DNA from: Pavona decussata
Taxonomy: Eukaryota
Length of the DNA stretch: 64,000 nt
Reading direction: 5' to 3'
Assembly (NCBI GenBank): GCA_977016875.1
Contig: CDRNST010000030.1
Location: 310,001 to 374,000, forward strand
The notes below the pieces were generated by a model. It did no database searches, had not been told where the DNA came from, and saw only the letters and a program-made list of their open reading frames with translations. Position numbers and translations under genes: made by a program. Below, piece after piece: positions 38,944 to 51,639 of the stretch (position 1 is the stretch's first letter; every line of letters begins with the position of its first letter).

Positions 38944-41900
38944 CTATAGTTCAGTTTCATATTTCTGCGAATGCGGCTGCTTCAGCGGCATAGCAAAAGC
39001 ATCTTTGTTATTGCGATCTCTGGATTGCTTGTCAGACTGCTCTTCGTTAGCATTTGGATGGTGCTGCTGTTGCTGTTGCTGCTGCTGGCAGAAAGCATTA
39101 GCAATACCGCTATAGCGCCTTTGGTTGCTATCAGAGAAGCCGTTAGTTCTGCTCTGTTTTAGTCCATTGACTTGAGCTGAGGACAGCAATGCTTCCTCCT
39201 CACTTTTTTGGCGGGAAAATAAGCGTGGGCGCGGCGAGCTATGCTTGCGCTTGTCTTCTTTGTGTGACTTCATTTCCCGCCCTTTTTCATCGTAAGCAGA
39301 CGGAAGAAATTGGACTTTTTCCGCTTGCGGATAGCTTAAACTAATGTCACACGAAATTTGTTCATTATATCGACTGCAGCCAGTCAGATCTGTTCCGCTC
39401 AATGACTGCCTGGGTGTACCGTCTTCAAGGTTATTCACGTCCAAAGAAAGGTAATTGTCATGAGGGTCGGACGAACGCCAGTTGTCATTGTCAATTCCAT
39501 TTTTTCTTTCCGGTTTACAAGTTTTAAGGGTGTTTTCTTTGGAAGAATCGTCGTCTAATTCTTCAGAATTTCTATCTTTGTTGACAGTATACTTTATTGA
39601 ATACTGTCCTCCAGAAAAGAGCATAATCTCTGAGCTTACCTCCGAAATCGTAGCTGTAGAATCGTTTTCCGAATCCGCTAATAATTGTTCATTTTCGGTT
39701 AACAGTGATGAGTCTTTGTAGCGTTTCATGGGGCTGGTGGTGTTTTCGTTCTTGTCGCTGTAAGTAGGTGCAACGTCAGCGGCAGTGAGTACGTCATATA
39801 TGACCTCCTTTAGTTTCATGATTTGCTGTTCGGTGCTGAGCTGTTTAGATGCTGGAAAAGGAACGACGTCGATGATCCCGAGATCAACATCTTCATAGTC
39901 TGTTATCTTTCCAGGCTCTTCCTTTTTTATATCAGCGTTTTCCGAGTTCCATGAGCAGCACCCATTGCTGAGATCGAGTCTATCCGTCTCCGCGTCACTG
40001 TAAAGCTCTGGAGACGATGAAAGACGACACTCATGCAAACCAATATCATAACTGTTTCTCAGTGGATAAGGGCTCGCCTCAAACTGCAGGACCTCGGGCT
40101 CGGCTGGGCTAGGAGGTCCAAGTTCAATCGTATCCATATGGCGTACATCATGATACAAGGGAGTTTGCAGGCATTTGCAGGGAAAAAGCAAATTCTGTTT
40201 CACAAGAAGCACGACGATGGCAATCACAAACACTGCCAGAATAACGCTTAATATGATAAGCACAAGTTGTTGGTTGGCGTTTTCGCGGATGGTTATATAC
40301 TTTCTAGGTCTTTCTATGACGACGATATGAGGTGTTTCACTTAAGTTCGTTGCGGGGTTGTTTGCTTGAGGGGTCGCGCGGGGCTCTGTGGAAGACACAT
40401 CGTTTCTGCTAGATAATGCGCCGGGTGGAGTAGAGATCACTGTGCTTTCATCACTTGTAACATGGCCTTTTCCACCTGTCGCTGCAGTAGGTGTTGTGCT
40501 TGGAGACTTTATTCCACGTGCTGTTGACTTTGGAGGTATAGGTTGACGTGTGATTGAAGTTTGATCCAGTGGAAAGGTGGTTGTTGTTGGTCTCTTTGTA
40601 GTTGAGCCATAACATTCAAGACTGCCGAGAACAAAATATGATCTCCTGCTTGTTCCATCAACGCTAAATCTCAGTTTCTTTACTGGGAGGCTTTCTGAAT
40701 CCGTTAGGTATCCATCATCCATATGCCATTGATTGTCAACAGTGTCACAGTTGCACACCTTGCTTTTTTCCGCACAGGTTCTGTTCACTCCACATGCGCA
40801 CTTCATGCTCCCAGGAAATGCACCTGACCAGTAATCCTGTAATTGACCGTCACGTGACACCCAGCGTGCCCCTCGTCCTGACTCGAGATTAAATGTTTTA
40901 GGTGAATCAAAAAGTACCGAGTTATAGCATTTGTATTTAAGGTATTGTCTGCAATGAGTGCTACTCGCGATGAGGTCCTTAATGTTTTGCTCGTTAGAAT
41001 TCTCGTAGAAGATCTCATGTTCGTAAAATTTTCCGCCAGCCTTGTTTTGAGCAGCAATGACGCGATTTCTATCTTGAGTATGGAGAATCACGGTCGAAGG
41101 GCCCTTTACGTTGGTCATATTGCAGTAGACCGTGAAAGGCTCTGAATTCTGGGGATTTATCTTGTAATATGAGTTCATTCTTTCACCAGCAGCCCACCAA
41201 TCAGCACAGGATTGCATAAAAAACGCAGGTATTTCGCATTTCAGACCTTTGAAATCAGTCCCTATGCAGTCACAATATGTTCGGTTCCCGCGCTGAGAGC
41301 ACCTGCCTCCATTTTTACAAGGATTTGGTAAACAGTCGTCTTTGAGGAAGCATTGTCCCACTGACACCTGGGATCTGTAAACAGTTGTAAAGTCAATCTT
41401 CTGGCCCTGTACTGTGAGATCACGCATGCATCCCACAAAACCGAGACGTCCCCTGTCGCTAGCTCCGACGTAAACTTGGGAACTGCTCACAAAGCGTCCT
41501 CGAGATGGTTGCGTCTGGGAAGTAAGTATACTGTCCACTTCAAGTGTGATCCTTTGTATGCTGATGTTGACAGCAACAGAGTGCCACATTCCGTCATCCA
41601 ATCCAGATCCACCAGGAAGCGTCGTCGCGGAGGACTTAGCCATAAATTCCACTTGCAGCAAGATTTTTCCAGAAACTAGCGAAATAAATATATTAGCACC
41701 GTTGTTTTGTCTTATTCGTTGGAATAACAAGATTCCATCTCTATTGTAGGTTCGAAACTTAAAGCTGTACGCAGCAGTGCTGTTAATAGGAGCATTTACT
41801 TTGATGAAGGACTCGGGTTTGCGAAAGGTAACAGGACGATACCCCTCAGGGGTAATGTTACAGCCAGAAATAAGTCCCCTTCCAGACACAGTTTCATTTC

Positions 41901-42235
41901 TTTTCCAAGCGATGTCAAGGAGCTTTAGATCATTTATATGCACGTGTTCGTTTTCAAGGCATCCTTCATATGGAACAAAGTGACTCTCTCTTAAAAACCA
42001 ATGTTTCGCCTGTACTTTGCTAACGTCAACTCCACCCAAGTAGAAAGTCTGGTGCGCAAAACGTCTGGCGTGGAAACCAGGAACCACTATGAAATATGTG
42101 TCCACGTCAACGAAAAGAGTAAGTGCCGTGCTATTTGCTCGCTTTATCTGTACTTGGTGCGCGAGATTATCTGCCAGGTTCTTACCAAAATGACCAGTAG
42201 ACACACTCCGCATACCCCTCACGTAGATGGAACAT
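38944..42235 (-). CDS. Gene B exon 2 (terminal): CNTNAP/neurexin-IV-like, LamG-LamG-EGF-fibrinogen-like-stalk-TM-tail
   Basis: Acceptor ttttcttatttcaaccgacAG|A TGT TCC. LamG motifs (FYLGG, YEGCL, FKFRT, LDDGMWH, FVGCMRDL); EGF CLPNPCKNGGRC...CDC...GLKC; fibrinogen-like QSCADW...PFTVYCNM...CRQYLKYKC...CACG...CNCD; T/P stalk; TM LVLIILSVILAVFVIAIVVLLV; ends YETEL. Confidence 0.93.
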
Positions 42236-45200
42236 CTGTCGGTTGAAATAAGAAAATCAACGCCCATGTTGACATTAAACGGTAATAGGACTCATAAGAA
42301 TGATTTGAAATATCAGGCGACTGCATGCGTGCCGCCAGGATTCCGATTTGTTCATCTGTGACAAGATGTTAGGAAAAATATATCGACATGTTAAATCATT
42401 GGTAAATTAAAAGACATTCAACAGAGGGTTACTGAGAAAGATGCAACTGTTACTCTCCCTTTGCATCGGGGCTGTTAATGAGCAAGCAGATTCGCGAATT
42501 TTGTTATATGAGTTATAGTGGCGACTACTTTGTTATCACTGCTTATAACGAGCAAAGCTTTGCCATTCACATTAGAAAAGTTAAAAATGTACACAATATG
42601 CAAATAACAACGGGATTTTTGTAACGTTCTTTTTTTATACATGTGAATTTTTAATAAAACCTGGTAAAAAATGTACACTGTCCAAGTAGAATAGATAGAA
42701 GTCCAGAAGTCAGAAAAGAAAATGCGCGGTTAACTTGTTGATACTCCGCCGCAGACTTGCCGAAACCTCGAAAACTGGAATCACGTTACATTACCTTTTC
42801 TCTTGGAGTTTTTATTCAATGCTAATATTGACATAGTTCCTTATCATGTTTGCTGTTCCCATGACGCAAAATGTACATTTTATTATATACCAATTTATCT
42901 ATTTTTCTTAATTAAAAAAAGAAACAATTATTAAAAAAAACTGACAGCCTGACCGCATTAAAGAGGCTTGTGAAACATATTCCATAAAAAATTCCTCACT
43001 TCTTAGAAGGTTTCTACCGAAAAGATAAACTAATTGCTTTAGTTGCAAAATTTTCAAAATATCTATTTGTTACATAATTTGGTGATATGATCTTCAGTTA
43101 CCAGTGGTTGTAAATGTATAGACTGAAACACTGATACTAACCAAGTGCGTTGAGCAAGAAGATACGAGAAATGTAATAACAAAACGCCTTTCAGCGACCT
43201 GATTTGTGTGGTACCACGATATTAAAATTTATGGACCTGAATTTAAGTAACTTTAGTGGTATCCAAAATTTGGGATTTTTTAACGACTTTAAGACAAGTT
43301 CATTTAACAAAGCCCTGGCTCGTGGTATGGACGGTACATAAACCTTGATCTTAGATTTTTATTTAGAGAAGGTATAGTCTAACATAACATTAAACATAAC
43401 ATTTTATTCAGTAGGCTTCAACACAAATACAACGTAAACGCGAACTCGTACCAGTATAGAAAAGTTTTGTCTCGTGCTTTGCTTGCGCTTCAACCAGTTT
43501 GCCGTATGGCTTCGTGTGCTTGCGTTGCTTGTAAATACCAGGCTTGAAGGATTCCATGTCGAAAGAAATCGTTTTAGCCAGAGTATTCAGCATGAGATTC
43601 GTTAACCTATGGGTCATAATGTTATTCGCTGTACTATACCTATTGAAGGCCTTTGCATGTGGAAATCCTACTAAAATCGCTAAAATCTCGCCAGCAAACT
43701 TTAGTAATTTTAATTTCTTTAACCTAATATGTTGAACCTTCCTCTTGAAAATAAAGCCTCTGAAATTCACATAATCTCTCAAGGACCAACTCTCTACCAC
43801 TCACTGATTTTTTTAAATTTAACAATATTGTACAGCAATTTTTGTCAGAGTTTAAAGTATGGCTTACCAGAAAAATATCAACATTTTGCCATCTTTTAAT
43901 AAATTCACGCCAAGTAAGGAACAATGATTTGTATGCCTGAATTTTATTGAAGAATTCTAAAAACAAAATAATGTCACGGTACGCTCAATTTAAACTAACC
44001 ATTATGATTTAAGGATTGTTTTTGATTCATAATCTATATTGCATATACACTCATCTATATCTAAAACCGTCTAAACGTCTGAAATAACTCTCCCATTTAC
44101 CTGTCAGTATGAATGTAGCCTTAGCATCCTTGGCCAAGTTGTGTGTATTTTATAAACCTATGTAATACATTTGTACGCTTCAATATAACCAAATAACAGT
44201 AACTAAGTGGTGATACTTAAGTCTCCGTGTGAGATCGAGAAAGCAGGTCAGGCTACCTGTAGCATAACAAACATTACAAATCTGTCCAGAGGTTGCGCAA
44301 ACCGCGAATGCACAGCTGGGGATTTTCTACTTGGCTTTCTCCCACTTTTACCTTGCGGGAACTCTCTCCAAGCGAAATACAGTACAAAAGACAAGGCGCA
44401 ACACTTCGATACTTAATGCTTGTGCCAGTCTGCAGAGCATGACACGTGCACACACAAGTATCGTTCGCGAATGTTTTGTGTGCACGCCAAATTTAGACCA
44501 CTGAATTAACTTGCCTCTACAGTAATACCGTACTGAATTTTAAGTTTCCACTCTAATTTAAGACTAAAAAGTACAGCCCTGCATTATCAAATGCTGTAAG
44601 AAAAATGGCGAGAACGGACAATACGGAAGGAGTACTATTAAGACTACTTTAACATTAATATTTCTTTAGGAGTTGCCAACTTGTAAATTGGAGACAAAAA
44701 TCTCCAACCTTCAGGCCTGGGACTAAGAATTTCCATGCAGGTGAGGTTTTTATTGAAGTGTGGCAACCTGCAAGCGTCAGTGTACGCGTGTAATTTCGAA
44801 GATCAAACACACGCCAACCAAAATACCTTCAGTGCACGCGCGAGATCTCGTCGAGCTCTGCCATTCGTTTCTCAGAGTTTTTGTGGGGTATTGTGTTTGC
44901 GCTTCGGTTTGCGTCACTTGCAAAACACCAGGCTAAAGCAATAAACGAGCTCAAATGATCCGATTTGTTGTTTGACCGATTTGATTTGATCCTTAACCGC
45001 TTCCGATTTTAAAGGAAAGCAATGACCATAACGACAGTACTAAACTGTTCCCTGACTGTGTCTAAAGTACTGTATTGAGTTACCACTACTGCAAAGCGAA
45101 TTCTTTTTAAAGCGACAATTCTAGTACCAAGACAGACAGGTGAGAACAGCTTACTCTACGCGAGCTAAATGGGAAGTAGTTTTCACTCCATTGTAGTCTA

Positions 45201-46569
45201 TGTTTATGCTTAAACATTATGAAATGAAATACACTGTTTATACCAAAGGTGAGAAAAAAATTCACGATAAACTGCTACTCGGTGGTTATTTAGCACACGT
45301 TCATATGTTCACTGGGGATATGTACGTAGGCGAAAAATCGCGGAATTATGCTCAGTTCGAAGAGCGATTAGCATTATTTCTTCTTCAAAACAGACATTTT
45401 ATAAAATACTTATCTTTGATTGTAACATTGATCTGTGACTTACATTTAGCGAACAGAACTGTCTACATAAATATTTCATAATGGACTATCGGAACTACGC
45501 GTGCGTATTTCCATCAAAACGCAGGTGCAAAAGATGGATTTCTTTGACAGCACACAATTCATCTTCCTCTGTAATTAGGCTCCAACAAAAACTGTTCCTG
45601 TGGCAAAGCAACAATGTCGCCGGCGGAGTTTTGTATTTTGTAACCACGGCCAAACTATGCAAGTTTCGTGCAATAAGTTTTTGAGACAAAAGTAACGGTT
45701 CTGTAGAGAGCAAAAAAAACTGCATATACGTGGATAACTCACAGAGGGGAGTCCTGACGCGAAAGCCACAAAAAACAAATTATAAGACTTACTATTGAGA
45801 AGTTTTTGATTTTACAGCTTACACACTGACGTAAATAAAGTAAACAGAAATCTTAAATATCAAATGAAATTCGATTCCACGACAAAGTAATCAAAAGTAA
45901 TGAAAGGCAATTCCTTCCCGGCAATTCTAACCTCGGCCTAGCTCTCGGCCAGCTGGATAGAACTCTTTAGATTGTGTTTTAAAATATTGTTAAGGGTTAA
46001 AGTTCCCATCAAACAGAGAAACATCATACAGGGTTCACAAGCAATCGGCCAATTTTAGTTTAACTGTAGTTTGATAGCGATTAAAAGAGAAATATTCATC
46101 GCTCATAGACGCGTTTCCGCTTTTTTTACTGATATAGTCTGCTTGTTTTCGATAAGGCGGAGTAATGAAATTTTGATCTAAATATTTTATCCTTTTTTTA
46201 TCTGAATAATTTCATTTTTGTAGCAATTTTCCCAGCGTGTGTCTGCACAAATTCCAACAAATATTACCAATAATTATAACGTGCATGAAATGAAACCTCT
46301 TGCCACACAAAGAGAAAAGAGTTTTCTTTGACGAATACCCTCCACGTTTGCTTCCATCTTTAACACTCTAAGCGCGCTTAAATAAAACTCTCATGCGCCT
46401 TAAACAAGATCAAGTCAGACTCCCCATTGAATCTTTCCAAAAACAGTTACTGGCAAACGTCGCCCTTGCTTTTCTTAAAAAAAATAATAATCAACATCCC
46501 ACTTCACGGAGAGAGGAGGCTTAGATGTAAACTCAGATAAAGAAGCAAAAACTAAGCTAACAGGCTCAC

Positions 46570-46817
46570 CTGATTTTTCCACGCAGGAGCTCAAGTGTTA
46601 TGAAGTCGGGTCCACTGCTGCCCGCGTGAAAAAGTGTTCCAGAAGGTTTGATCGTCCGGAACACGAGAACGATATCGTCTGGAAGCGTTCTCGGCTCTCC
46701 ACTGTAAGAGTACTTTACGTAAGTTGCTCCGTCGAAGCTCGTGTACGAGTCTCCGTGTCCGTAAGAAGTAATCAGCGCGAGAAACAGCCAGCGGAATAAC
46801 GATGCGACGGTAAACAT
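46570..46817 (-). CDS. Gene B exon 1: signal peptide and start of LamG1
   Basis: ATG at 46817 (MFTVASLFRWLFLALITSYGHG); SFDGATY...LVFRT..SGTLF...LRGKI; donor AG|GTGAGC (phase 2) joins 42235 in frame, giving 1179 aa. Intron is 42236-46569. Confidence 0.9.
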
Positions 46818-46934
46818 TGTGCGTGGGTGCCTTCCGTACGTCCAACCCAATTCCTTTTTGCTCTGCACAACAACATTAACAGCTGCCGGTTGTGTCTAAA
46901 TCCTGACGTTCCCTGCCTCCTGATCTTGCATCCT

Positions 46935-46942
46935 TATTTATA
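46935..46942 (-). promoter_or_regulatory. Putative TATA box of gene B
   Basis: TATAAATA on the minus strand about 120 bp upstream of the ATG, with a TCAG Inr-like sequence about 35 bp downstream. Confidence 0.5.
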
Positions 46943-49759
46943 CCATCGATCAGCCTTTCGTGCGTGCCCTAAACAATGTCCGCGGATAATGAGCCTCTTT
47001 TGATTGTTACGCCCGAGCCAGCATGTTCCCGGGCTAGGAAGAAAGAAAGAAATTATACAGCGCTGTTATAACAAAGCATATTGTACGTTTAATCTCACCC
47101 AGTTACAAAGAGAAGAACACTATTCCATTTGTCCATTTCAAAATTAATTATCTCAGTTAGCCGGTTTATTGATCTATGCAAAAAGCTCAGGCAACGCTGA
47201 GAAGTATTGACAATTACCGTATTCACTGGCTTCGCCTATATACGGCAAGTTTGCCGCTGTAGAAGAATGCAGGACAAAAAAAGGTGCCTCCGTCTGGTGA
47301 ATTCGCTTTCGAATGTTTTATCCAACTTTCTCAGTCCAAAGCTGACGTTTTGTGTATGCATAATTACTCGATCAATCGACCAGAAGGACAAGAATTGTGG
47401 GCATTCTCGATGCTAATTGGACTAGAATACCCAGTAATTGTCACATCTGAAAACAAGTGTGTGTTTTTTGATACAAGCACATCCGTCCAAATCCTCGACA
47501 AGGCGACCTAATATCTGGGCTATGACAGCCAAGGGAAATATTGAAACAATTTATCAAACAAGGCGCAAAGAACGAGTTGAAATACTTTTTTTCGTTGATT
47601 CTACTAATTGTCCAGTCTACAGTGTTTCTTATTAATTTTTCAGGGTTTATGGAGAGGATTCGTTTTGTAACGAGTATTCAGAGAAGATCTGTTGTTGAGA
47701 ATATAGGTTTGAACAACTTGGAACAAAGAATAATTCACTTTTACCTGGTGTTGTGAGTAAGAGAAGCAATACTTGCTATGACCATTATTTCTATGTCGTG
47801 GGAATTAACGAATGCTTGAGGCAAGTTTCTCGGTTCGTACTTTGCGATTAATTAAAATGATTCCCGTTTCTGAACTATCACTGCATGAGTATTGAATTAA
47901 AAATGTGTACGTGAGTAAAAGCAAAACCTCCACTTTTAGCAGTAAATTGTGCAAATGAGAAAATTGTGTTGTGACTGAGGCAGTTGCGAAGAAAAGCGAA
48001 CATTTGTCGTCGATCTGTTTTTTTGGAAATCTACTTCGAATCTCAACTTCAACATTAGTTTTGGTGCAACGTTTGCCCAGTTATGAAGTAGCCCACTGGC
48101 TTTAAACCAGATAATTTAAAACAAATTCACTTTTCCAAACGACAGGTGACAGATCCCGGCTCAATATTTTGACATTCTTGTTTCATCTTCTCTTAGTAAT
48201 TAAGAAACTACATTTATTTACCCAAGCGATTCATGGCCTGCCAATTAAATCGTGTTTAGGGTATTTTCAAACAATAGGTTAATAACTCATTTCTGTCAGC
48301 GTAATAACATTATTCAATAACGACCCGGGCTTAATTGTCTTCCCATTCGTTATTCGATTTATACGCGTCTCAATGGAAAATTTACTTTTCGAAGAAATTA
48401 TCATGAAATCTCATTCCGCTCTCGGGATAGCGGTCAATTGCTAATCAGTTGCACCTTAAGTAATGGAAGCCAGATGAATTGGGGTCCATGTTAGTTTGGC
48501 CGCAAACTGTCCCGCCATTAAAAATTTATCGTCCACCACGTGGGTACATGAAACTTGCGAAAGACGCTGGTATGTGGTATGCGACAATCGGATCAAGAAG
48601 GACAGTCACAATATAAAAGAATAAAAGAAGATTATGCGCACATTATTGTCTTTCAAGTGTTTTTTGCCACGTGCCGCCTTTGTGATACTTACAGTAATAT
48701 AGCGCTCGAGGCTTTTCTGGATAAAGAGTGCATTGTCTGCTAAAACAATTAAGAAATCTCAGTGAGTTTCTGGTTTTAGGGCTTTCCAAATTACAAACAT
48801 CACCCCCTGATTCATTGAATAGAGAATTTCTTCATTTTCACAGCGTTTTATAAGTTAGATGACTTTTCTCAGTTTTTTGAGACTATCATCTATGCGGTGT
48901 AATTTCTCGCAGACGGTTTGACAATGTATGTTTCACACAACAAGTTGCAGGACATTTTCCCCATCTTTCAATGCACTCCATAGTTATACACTTGTATTTA
49001 GGCTAAACATTATTAAATCGTTACCCTGACGGCTGGTTCTAATTTACAGCATTTTTTTTTCTTTTGTGGGCAGATGCAAATAGAGAATTGTCTTTGCTCG
49101 AAACGTTCAAGGAAATAAAAAATTATATATATATGTCGCATAAAGTCTGGCTAACGTAACAGTTTTTAGTTCTTTTTTAAATACATCTACCTGTGAACGT
49201 GTGATATATGTTTTATATCAAAGTTGTTTTAACTTTATTCAAACTTTCTGAGCATACACAATGACTTTAAATTGTTAGCGGTTTGCTCGATATACTTGTA
49301 TTTCTATTTCTTTTGCAGTATCAGAGGTGGCTAATCAGGCTCCATTTTCACAAAGCGGGAGTGAACTCTCCTGCTTGGCGTTTCACTACACTTTCATGTT
49401 ACGCCGGTATCTTTAGACGTCCTCCTCTGAGTTAAAAAGAAGTGAAATAAAACAAAAAGAATAAAGGAGAAGATAAAAATATATATATTGTTTTCCTGAT
49501 GTTCAAGGGACCTCCCGCATGGAAACATAAATTTGAAAGACTTTGCTTGCTGTTTAGATATAACTTTAAACTTCTTTCACTTTTGTAGATTGTTTATCAG
49601 TAAAGTTTAATTGTCCATGATGAAAGCAGTATTTGAAAGTTCGCTTCAAACCCAGACGCCTACTGAAGAAAAACACTCAGTCTGTTTCGTCTCCTTCCCT
49701 CTCTATAATTCATGAACTGACAGTAATGTTCCAAATGCACGATGCGACTAAAAACTCAA

Positions 49760-50153
49760 GAAAATCTTCCAAATACAAGTGAAGCTAGAACAAGAGAATC
49801 TAATTCAATAAATGAGACCACACGGGGTGAAGAATTGGCCCTCCACGGTACCCGGCCAATAGAAGTTTCAGTGATAAGCATGAAACGCTTGAACTGTTTG
49901 TCAAGTGAACAAAAATATTTGCAGAAGATCAAGATAAATATTGAGAATTTGTTATTCAGAAAATCTTCCAAATACAAGAGAAACTAGGACACTGAAGAGA
50001 ATCTAATTCAATAAATGAGACCTCATGGGGAGAAGAATCTGCTCTCCAGTGTCCAATAGAAGTTTCAGTGATAAGCTCGAAACACTTGAACTGTTTGGCA
50101 AGTGAACAGAAATATTTGCAGACGTTCAAGATAACTATTAAGAATTGTTATTT
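49760..50153. repeat. Diverged 199-bp tandem duplication
   Basis: GAAAATCTTCCAAATACAAG at 49760 and 49959, with collinear similarity throughout. Confidence 0.9.
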
Positions 50154-51393
50154 ATGTTTTTGTAACGGAAAAAGCTTCTTGGGTACATTTCTCTCTGGAA
50201 CGCCAATATCCGGCAAAGCTACTGACTCCTACTTATTTTACAATAAAAACTTGGCTTGGAAATAAGGAAAGGACATGGAAATCTCCCTCCCTTGTATAGG
50301 CAGTTTGCGACCTTAAGATTCCGGGAAAAAAAGGCTGTATTATTTCACAATCTTTATCCAACATTAATATACATTATTTTTGAAGCACAAAATTTACGTT
50401 TTTGATTTTCTGACTGATTTTAGCGTGAGAGTAATTAAATCGTAAATTGTTATTGTGTACGACATACCCATTCCCGAAGTCTCTTGTCTTCTTTCCGTAA
50501 TTGGTAATGAACAAAACAAAATTGTATAAAAGGTATGGAAATTTTCTAGCGAAACGAGTGCAGAGTGTCACAATTGATACAATCATAGAGTAAAATAAAC
50601 TAAAAACGATAAAAATGAAGACAATAGCACGAAAACCATACGAAGACAGTATTATTTAATAAAATCTCAATCCTGTCATTCAGAAATATCGTGGAGTTTT
50701 ACTGACGAGATCTTCATTAATCTTGTCGCCATCGCATGCTGTACAAGAACTAATATTTAGAGTCCGCGTCAAAGTTAATAAACGAATTGTTACAACAACA
50801 GACACAGTTTGAAACTATCAACCACTTACCTTGAAGCCGTTACTAATGCACTTTCGTTTATTAACCTTGAACACACTCTTTGAACACAAATTACTTCATT
50901 CTCAGAACTGAAAAACAAGAAAGAGTTAATCCCGTGAACAAAAGAAACAAGGATCGTGCCAAATAGTCTTTAAATTGCATGCGCATTGCAGCGAAGTCAG
51001 ATAGACAAAAGCCCAGAGCATATTGAAATTAAATAAAACATCTGTTTTTGTGCCTACATCAGAATTCAAAGGCGAACTTACCAGCTTATATCTATGAATG
51101 CTTTAGCAAATGAAAGAAATAAAAAAGAGCCTCAATTTCACATACTGAATGCGTTGAAGAAACTCCGTGCAACGCTCTTAAGGATCTCTACTCCATTATT
51201 ATACAAAAGCTCAGGGCGACGTAGTGTCTTCGAGATCACTTATAATCAATTAAAATACCTCATATTTTCCTAAATGATTTTTTTTAGTGGTCAGCTGGAG
51301 CCCGAGGAACGAGTGCAAAGGGAACAACCCGCAAGGGGCGGCTCCAAGTAATCATGAGACACTATACGCAGTATAACTTATTGTCTATCATCC

Positions 51394-51639
51394 TAGAGTG
51401 GTTTTTCAATTGAGCGTCGAAAGTAACTGCTTCGGTTTGCCTTTCGGCGCTCTTTGATTGGCTTAGAAAACACGCGCCACTTTCTCAACCAGTGAGAAGC
51501 AAAACCCAAACCAATCGTGACTTCCTAGCGGCTTAAAGCGCGGGAAAACGCGTGTGTGTATGTATTTGGTTCGAATCCGATCGGGGACTTTGGCTTTGCT
51601 TTTTTTCCCCTTAACAACACTCGGTTGGAAACCGCTCTA
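51394..51639. mobile_element. MITE (TAGAG(C/T)GGTTT termini)
   Basis: TAGAGTGGTTTTTCAATTGAGCGTCG ... CAACACTCGGTTGGAAACCGCTCTA. Confidence 0.65.

Noticed and set aside
42236-42267. ATG start of the 1107-aa ORF (MGVDFLISTD)
   Set aside because: It lies in the polypyrimidine tract of the intron; the signal peptide is in the exon at 46817-46570.
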